Source: Paraspadella gotoi
Taxonomy: Eukaryota; Animalia; Chaetognatha
NCBI GenBank assembly: GCA_051294375.1
Contig: CM119263.1
Location: forward strand, 8,498,908-8,562,907
Reading direction: 5' to 3'
Length of the DNA: 64,000 nt
Part shown: in pieces, positions 56,257 through 64,000 of the stretch
Layout: every line of letters starts with the position of its first letter
Numbering within the stretch: the first letter of the stretch is position 1
The notes under the pieces: generated by a model
Seen by the model: only the letters and a program-made list of their open reading frames with translations
Databases searched by the model: none
Told to the model about the DNA's origin: nothing
Made by a program: the position numbers and the translations under genes

Positions 56257-57398
56257 ACGGACCATGGGTCTAGATGTGGGAAGTGAAACGCACTGAGTAC
56301 AGGAAAAGTTTTTTCCTCTACGAACGTCAGCCAAAAAATGAAAAAATGAAAAAAAAAAGGAAATAAAGGATTTTTTTTAAATTTCAAAAATTTTAAACAT
56401 TTTTTTCGTAGGAAAATTCGAGGATAAATTTGCTTCAATGTTTAAAATCGGTTGCCCCAATTATTTTTTTTTAATCGATTGATAGAAAACATGAGTTTAA
56501 AACTTTTCTTGATGCAGGCTCTTATTTAAAGATGTTAAATATGATGTCATGTGGTAAGGTGGCCACCGGCTTCAAAGGCTTTCTTCGGTCATAGGGGTTA
56601 ACCAAGACAACATAGCCTTTTCATTCTTCGTCCCAGTCGCATCATATTTTATTGTCTCTTTCTTGAGTTCAAAATATTCATTATTTTGTGCCAATTTGAT
56701 AATATATATGTGTCTGTCTTCCTACGCTGTCTACTTTGTCTCGCCTCAAACTTTTATCAAATCTGACTTGCATCTTACATCTCGTTTTCGTCCACAACAT
56801 CTTCAAGAGTCTCCCTTCCAAAATTTTCTCCCCTCTCCCCGTTCACCTTTTTTTTTCTGTTGCGCGAAAAGAAAGAACACTCATTTGCCTTTGTTTTAAA
56901 TTTTTATTCCTTTATTTCTTTTCCTCATTCTTTCATTCTTTCCTTCTATTTTCGATTTGTGTTGATAAAAAGACTTCAAAATAAATCTCTCTCTCTCTCT
57001 CTCTCTCTCTCCTCACATATCTCGCTTTCGAGATTTTCGAGCAGCAGTCGTAAAAACTCGCATTTCTAGGATTGTAAACAGCATTAATGTTTAATAATAA
57101 AACTAAATCGCTCAAAACACGAGCTTCAGCGGGAAAATTCTTTTTTTTTGGTTCTTTTATCGATTTTCGTTTTCAAGGTAAAAAACATCCCAAGCTCATG
57201 TTAATGAAAATTTGCAAATTACTTGTTTCACTATTTTTTATTTTTATATTTTTGTAATTCGAGGATTAAACCAAGTTTTACTTAATTTTACAATGTTTCC
57301 CGTCTCTCTTTTTTCGCAATAAATACTCTGACGGTAAATTCCTTTTTTTTTCCCTTTCGTTCCTTACAAATCGAATTTACCATTTTCCCTTTGCTCGC

Positions 57399-57434
<36 letters not shown>

Positions 57435-59366
57435 CTCGTCTCTCCTCCCTCCTCGTCTCTCTCATATCTCTCTCTCTCATCCTCTATATGCTCTCTTTCC
57501 CCTTATCTCCCCTCTCTCTCTTTTTATCCGTGGCTGTCCTACATCTCTCTCTCTCTCTCTCTCTTTCTTCCTCTCTTTCTCCGTCTCATTTCTCCTCTCT
57601 CTCTCTCTCTCATTCCTAGCATTTCCCCCTTTTATCCGTCTTTTTTCTTTTCCTGTGAGAAACATTGTAATTCTTTGCCACCGGAACAGAAGAAAGATCG
57701 TTGGTGAATTTGCTCGGTGGTACCTACATTTTTATATACAAATAACAATAAAAACAACAATAACCTCGGATTATCTCGAGTAATTAAAAATAATATTAAA
57801 CACTAACAAATATGAAACTGATGTCGCAAAGTAAAACACACCAAGTATGTATGCGTTAAAAATATTCGATAAAAAAATATATACCTGGTCAGTGCTTAAT
57901 CTTTTCAGAAGTTTTTTGTGAAAAGAACAAGCTTCTCTTCTTGACTATAGACGTTAAACGTAACAATTTCCTAAAAGACGAGGAAATCAAATTTTTTTCC
58001 CCTGAAAAAAAAAAGTGGATTTTGTCTAGAATTTTCTAGCGGATTTTCGCCGGATTTTTTTTAACCTCTTCATCTTTTTTTTTAGATTCTCGATTCAATT
58101 CACAGTCAATTTGATTCATAACGATTTCGGTTCACAATGGCTCTATTCACAGCGACCCTCTTCTCCGACAAACTTTACACAGAGCGGCGGCGTCATTCAC
58201 GTTTCGCCGTGAACGGCCAAGAGTCAAGGGTGAGACTGAGAGCGAAGAAGAATCGGCGTGTGAACCATTTTGGGCTTTGGTGAAACCGACAGCCGAGGAT
58301 AATCGATAATCAGTGAGCGTAAATGGGCGGTTAAAAGAAAAACTTGCTTAATATGGAGTATATCCTTTAAAAATATAAATAATAAAAGTCAATATTATAA
58401 TAATTTAAACTAAAATCGAACGGAATGCATTCTTTGTATTCTGGCCGATTTAAGACTGAACTGATGAATCTCGAACTTTCAGCCCGATTTTCACGCGGAG
58501 TGAATTCGAACATCGAGGATCACGAGATTGCGAAAGTCGATGAGGAATCACTCGAAACGCGGGGGTGATACCTCAGTCTTACTCACAGCCAGAGCGATAT
58601 TCACACCTCGAGATCCACTCTGCTTCACTCTGTGAGATCCGCGCGGCTCGAAAAGAGCAATCTCCACACAGCTATAATACCTCACACGAAGATTTCAGCA
58701 CTGCGATTTTCACCATCATTTCCTGTCACATTCGCAATTTCTCTTCATTAAAATTTCAAAAAAGTCCGAATTTTTTCCCCTCCAACATCTTTCACGCTGC
58801 GGTCCATTCTCCAATCATGGCCACGAAATATCATCTTTTCACAGTGATCTTTGCAATGAGCTTTTGCGCATCCATCGCCCCACAGCGAGTTTTCCCCCCC
58901 TTCCGCCCCCCCCGATAGAGCCCCGCCGCGCGCGCGTCCTTGAAATCCCGTTCGCGCGCGTGGGCGGCGACGACCACCGCCCATTTTTCTCGCGCGAGTT
59001 CGACCTACAGTAAAATCGGTTAAAACAACAATAACCCCCCCTCTCGCTCGGAGAAACTCGATATATACAGTCGTCGTTGCGTAATTCGCTTTTTTTTTTA
59101 TTGAGGGAGAAAATTGTATCGGCAGACAAAAATTTTTTTTTTGGATTAACAAAAAAAAAATGTTGAGTTGACGGTTTTTATTAAATTAAGGTATTTTATT
59201 AAAAAGTATAAGTAGATTTTAAAATTAGGTATATCATCCATTTGGAAAAAAAAAAAGTAAACATTTTTCTTTTCAACCTCCTTTTCAACGGGAAAACCAA
59301 ACGCATATAACACTTCTGTAAGTCTGAAAAATCGATTAAGCTTTCTTTTTTCATTTTCTTTGGTGT

Positions 59367-59438
59367 GAATTAATAAATCTTTCTCCCTCAGAATTAATAA
59401 ATCTTTCTCCCTCAGAATTAATAAATCTTTCTCCCTCA
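59367..59438. repeat. 24-bp tandem repeat x3
   Basis: gaattaataaatctttctccctca three times. Confidence 0.95.
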
Positions 59439-60527
59439 GACTCTCAGTCCCTTTTTTTTATGTTTTCTGGTATTTTTATTTCCAAAATGACGAAGACGAC
59501 GCACTTTTCTTCCTCGCTAAGAGACGAACCTTTTTATTTTTATGTTCAGTCTTTTGTCTCTATCTCTCAATCTCACTAATTCTCTTCTTTTCTCTTCTTT
59601 TCCAATTTGCTGTGTCCGCGATTGATCCTTAATTGTTGAATTTAATAAAATTATATTTTTATTTTTAGTGCTATTAGTTCAATTAGTCTTGCTCAATGCT
59701 CATTTATCGTTTGAATGTCAAATTGTTGCTTTTATTGTTTTATCGTTTTATCTTTTTTATCGTCTTAACTGTCAAATTGTTTCGTTTATTTCAGAAAAAA
59801 AAAAATCTCTTCTTTTCACTTTCTCTTTCAGTGAATGGAACTTCTGGGTTGTACATCCCCTCCACCCGACCCAAAACCTCCCTACACCGACTCCCCCTCT
59901 TTTTTTTTCTTTCTTTTTCTTTTTTTTTTTTCCAGAAGGAATTTTGGGAATTATTCGCTCCTCCTCTTCATCTACCTCCTCTTCCTCATCTTTCTCTTCC
60001 TCCACGTGCTCCTCGTCCTCTTCTCCTTGCTCCTCCTGCTCTTAATCCTCCTCTTCCTCCTCCTTCTCTTCCTCACGGAAGACATCGACTCCCACGAAAG
60101 CCATTGCCTTTCTATTTTTTTCCCATTCTAATGTCTCGCTCTCGCTCTTTCTTATTTATTTTCCGACTCTATTTTCATCCGTGTTATTTTTAAATATTGA
60201 TGAATCATTTTTCATAATATCGAAATAAAAATTTTCTAACATTTTTTTTTCAAAATTAAACATTTTAGTCGATTGCCTTTTATATTTGGTCGTAAAAACT
60301 GAAATGAATTTTTTTAAACTTTTTTTTTTATCTTTTTATGTTTATTTCTCGACCTTTTGTACGCTTCTCTTCTTTGCTGCATTGATGGAAACCAAACAAA
60401 AATATGAGAAACAAACAAATAAAAAACAAATAAAAACAAAAGCCAAATATTTTTTTTTTTTGAATAAATAAAAGAAAATATAGTTCGGTAGTCGAAGGAA
60501 TAAAAAATAACAATTTATAAACTTTAC

Positions 60528-60589
<62 letters not shown>

Positions 60590-61699
60590 CAAATTCGGAC
60601 AAGTCCAAACTCGGAAGTTTTTCCAATTAAAAGGAAATCTTTAAAACATTCGGTGTATTTTTTTCCATCTTTTAATGTTTCGTCTCCTCTGTCTTTACAG
60701 GAAACAGTTTTTCTTTCCCTACAAAAAAACCTATGACTTCGTTTCCTAAACAAAACCCAGGAAAAAGATCTCTCGCTGCCCACACACAAAAAACTGGTTT
60801 AGCTCTTCGACTTTTGTCTATTTTCGCTTCCCCGAGTTGATAAACTATGAAGCGGCGTCGGCACGCCCCGGCGCTGACGCGCGTTTCCGGCGTCCAAAAC
60901 AGCGAATTCGAACGCTGGGTCGCGTTTAACCCCTACGACGAACCTCGCGAGCTTCCATCGTCGGCCGCTTCCCTTCCGGCAACCATCATCCCGGCGGCCG
61001 AGTCGCCTCAACTTCCGGTAGCCCGTCCGGCCGCCCTTCCTCATTCTCTCGGCTTCCAAACGACGAAAACTCTTGCCCTCGTTCGTCTGGATCGTCTTCG
61101 TCCTTCTCGTCGCCTGGAATCGTCGAACTCTGATTCGCGACGAATTCGTCCTTCTCATCGTTTGTCGCGTCAACCGGCGGACATCGAGCGTCTCCGGCCC
61201 CGACGCCTCGCTCCTACAGACGCGCCCCTATCGGCCAGTGAGAGCGACACTTACCCGCCCGCCAGTGAGACAGTCGATGCGACGATCGATCGGGCGACGA
61301 CCGATTCCTTGCCAGTCGACTCTGACTTTCGCGGTTTCCATTCGAGGACCTTTAGCGACACGCTCGACCGTGGCGCTCGAGTCCGTGACGATGACGCCCC
61401 CCGTGGCGAACTTGAGGTTTCCGACGACGACGACGACGACGACGACCAGATCCAAAGACGATCGCTCTTCCGCGTGAAAACTCGTTCGACTCCAAAGAAA
61501 ACCGGTTGGACTTTTGGTGAATCCGGTTCGTCTCTTAAGGCCTCGACCTGCTGCTCATCTTCCTCCTCATCCACCAGTTCGTCCTCTTTCTCCATCTCCT
61601 CCGTCTATACCGGCGACTCTCCCGTCTCGTTTCTTCCTTCTCTCTTCTCAGGGCAATCACGTGATCGACGTCGCCATCGTCGTCGCCATCGTCGTCCAG

Positions 61700-62298
61700 A
61701 TGTCGATTCCAGACTCGATCGACGATCGTCGCAAACTCCTCGTAAAACATCCTCCTCTTCCTCCTCCTCGCTCTCAACCTCGCCACTTCCGTTCGTCCTC
61801 CTGCGACCTCTTCTCTTAATCGCTCTCACCTTGTCCGGGTCACAATCCCCCGCCGCAGCGTCGGCGGCTGCCGCTTCGCCCGGCTCTGCCTCGGCCGCGG
61901 TGACGGCGGCGGCGGTGTCGCGGTAAAGCGGCGGTCCCGCGATCTTCCCCGAGTCGGCCGGTTCAGCGGAAGCGGAAGGGAGCTTATCCAAGTGGGGTTT
62001 GAAACCGTGCTCAACGAGACGTCAAAGGTGAGTTTTTTTTTGTTGGGGAATGGGTTTGGGTGGGTCGCGGAATTTTATGTGTAGATTTATAAATGCTGAC
62101 TATTACAACGCTAACAATGTTACCAAAGATAACAACCATGACAATTTTGTGACATTAATCACATTGTCAACCCATTTCGGTTAGCCGCCCTTGTGTTTAG
62201 AAAAAGGAAAGCGGAAGTGTGGGAGACGTAACGTAAACAATCCGAGCGAACGAAAACAATAGTGGAAATATGAAAGTGCTTATTAAATCGCGACAAAT

Positions 62299-62329
<31 letters not shown>

Positions 62330-62742
62330 GCAACCGAATTGACGGAAATTCCGATTTTCAGTTCTTTCAAGAATAAACTGAAACTGTTATTTAAACAGAA
62401 AACCCGCCGAACGAACAATGGACGACGAACAATGCAAATTTTTGAAATAAAAAAAAAATTGGTTCGGAGAAAACAAACGGTTCTGGTCGCGAGACTGTAG
62501 GGGCGGGGGAATTTAGCGCGTTGGGTATTGTCCCACTGCTGAGTGCTGTTATTACCATTAATAATGTACGAAGTAAACTTATAATATTGTACAATATGAT
62601 GTAATTTTACCTTTTGAAAAATTAAGGGATTGGACGAGTGGCGTAACGAGGGGGGGGGTTTGCGGTGAGGAAATAGAATGAGATGATAAAAGGGGGGATG
62701 GGGGGGGGAATTCGGCGGAAGGGTAAGCAGATTGTGGCAAAC

Positions 62743-62773
<31 letters not shown>

Positions 62774-63981
62774 TTGAAGTCTCCGTCGAGGTCACGCAGC
62801 GGGGAACCCGTCGGGGATTCGTCGTCGCCCGAATGTCGAGTCTTTTGTGAGCGACAGAAACCGATGGCGAGAATCGCACGCAAAGAGTTTCCTTCTATCC
62901 TCGGATTTCGCACGGAGCGAGTCCGTTTCGCACGTAGCGAATCCATTTCGCACGTATAATGGGATTAAAGACGAGAAAGAGAATTTTTTTTCTTCTTTCG
63001 ACGAAGTGAAAGTAAATCCAGATTTTGACGAAATTTAGTCGCTCATCCCCCTCCCTCTTTTCACTTTTTCTCACCTCAGGTCCCGTGTCCTATCGTAACC
63101 GGCAAAGTTCCCCGTTGGTTGTCCGGCTATTTTCTGCGTCACACGCCGGGCACGTACGGTCAAGAGAACCGACCCGCGGATCCGGCCGACCAATCGAACA
63201 GGAAGCTGCAGTCGATCGACCATCTCTTCGACGGTCTCGCCATGGTGTCCAGTTATGAGCTCAAGGGTAAGTTTATGACGACGGCTTTCGCCGAGAGGCG
63301 GAAAGGTTTGGTGAGTCGGATCGGCGTGTCGAATTCGAAACCACGTTTGTGTTCAGATTATGATCTGAAAGAAAACTAGTAAAGGTTAAATCAAGAAATT
63401 TGCATATTTGTTTTTGTTTCCGTTTACGTTATTTTCTTGGTAATGAACTCATTATCTTTAGTTTTAGAAAGTGGAAATAAATTTTTCAATTAATTGCTTT
63501 TTTTTTGCTATCGCAGGCGGCGACGTCCGTTTTTCCAACAAGTACCTCCGCACTCACGGATTTAAGATTTGGGAGCACTTCGGAAAAGACATGTCCAAGT
63601 CCCTCGTCGCGTGGGGAACCACCTTTTCCAAGATGGACTGGGAACAGGCCTTCAAATGGCGGCAGAACTTCACAGAGCCCCAATATTTTAGGTTCAAACG
63701 ACGAATAGAATGGGGTGAAAATAGGATAATGATGGACGACTCGTGTAAAAAATTAGGTCAAATTAGGTCTCGGGGACAGGGTCACGATAATAGGTTTTTT
63801 TTGTGTCTTTCCCCCTTCTAGGGGCAACCCCAACGTGAACTTTTGGCGAATCAACGATAAGATCCAAGCGGTGGACGAGAGTGCTCACGGTCTGCTCTTC
63901 GAGATCAAGACTCTGGACACCAAGTCCACTTACCTTTTCGAGGACGATAGTTTGGCGCCGGGTTACGGGACGGTCGAGAAG
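61700..63981 (+). CDS. Carotenoid cleavage oxygenase (RPE65/BCO/NinaB family), 5' part, continues past the window; first exon needs a 1-nt frame correction
   Basis: Exons ending 62027, then 63080-63266, 63517-63691, 63822-63981, give IVTGKVPRWLSGYFLRHTPGTYG...DHLFDGLAMVSSYELKGGDVRFSNKYLRT...NPNVNFWRINDKIQAVDE, matching the family pattern GxIPxWLxGxLLRxxPG...HxFDG...GxVxYxxRFLR...NxNV. Confidence 0.85.
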
Positions 63982-64000
63982 GTAATGTTTTAAGAAAAAT

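Noticed and set aside
60847-61926. 359-aa ORF as a stand-alone gene
   Set aside because: Low-complexity, no recognisable domain, overlaps the oxygenase first exon and contains a strong acceptor; kept only as an alternative N-terminus

Overview
Eukaryotic, intron-rich DNA from an invertebrate animal (draft assembly; 8 N-gaps after 46 kb, many GA/CT and GAC microsatellites). Hand splicing gives five genes. (1) The last two exons of an unidentified + strand gene (578-1030). (2) A 5'-only fragment of a DUF229-family gene (1962-4067, +), bracketed by two diverged copies of the AMBRA1 3' flank. (3) A complete 29-exon AMBRA1 on the - strand (24586-6054, about 2830 aa, more than twice the human length, with a 10-aa tandem-repeat exon). 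(4) A 5-exon, 239-aa secreted cysteine-containing protein with an internal duplication (27879-29505, +) that the ORF track misses. (5) The 5' part of a carotenoid oxygenase (RPE65/BCO family) gene (about 61700 to beyond the window end, +) that appears to carry a signal peptide but needs a 1-nt frame correction. Non-coding features: two hAT-type MITEs with 8-bp TSDs, Helentron-associated (HINE) elements, a tRNA-derived SINE, fold-back elements carrying Penelope-type minimal hammerhead ribozymes, and a structured duplicated module in the largest AMBRA1 intron. The 33-46 kb tandem duplication looks like an uncorrected long-read assembly artefact. No CRISPR, rRNA or intact tRNA was seen. All gene models and family calls were made by eye, without database searches.
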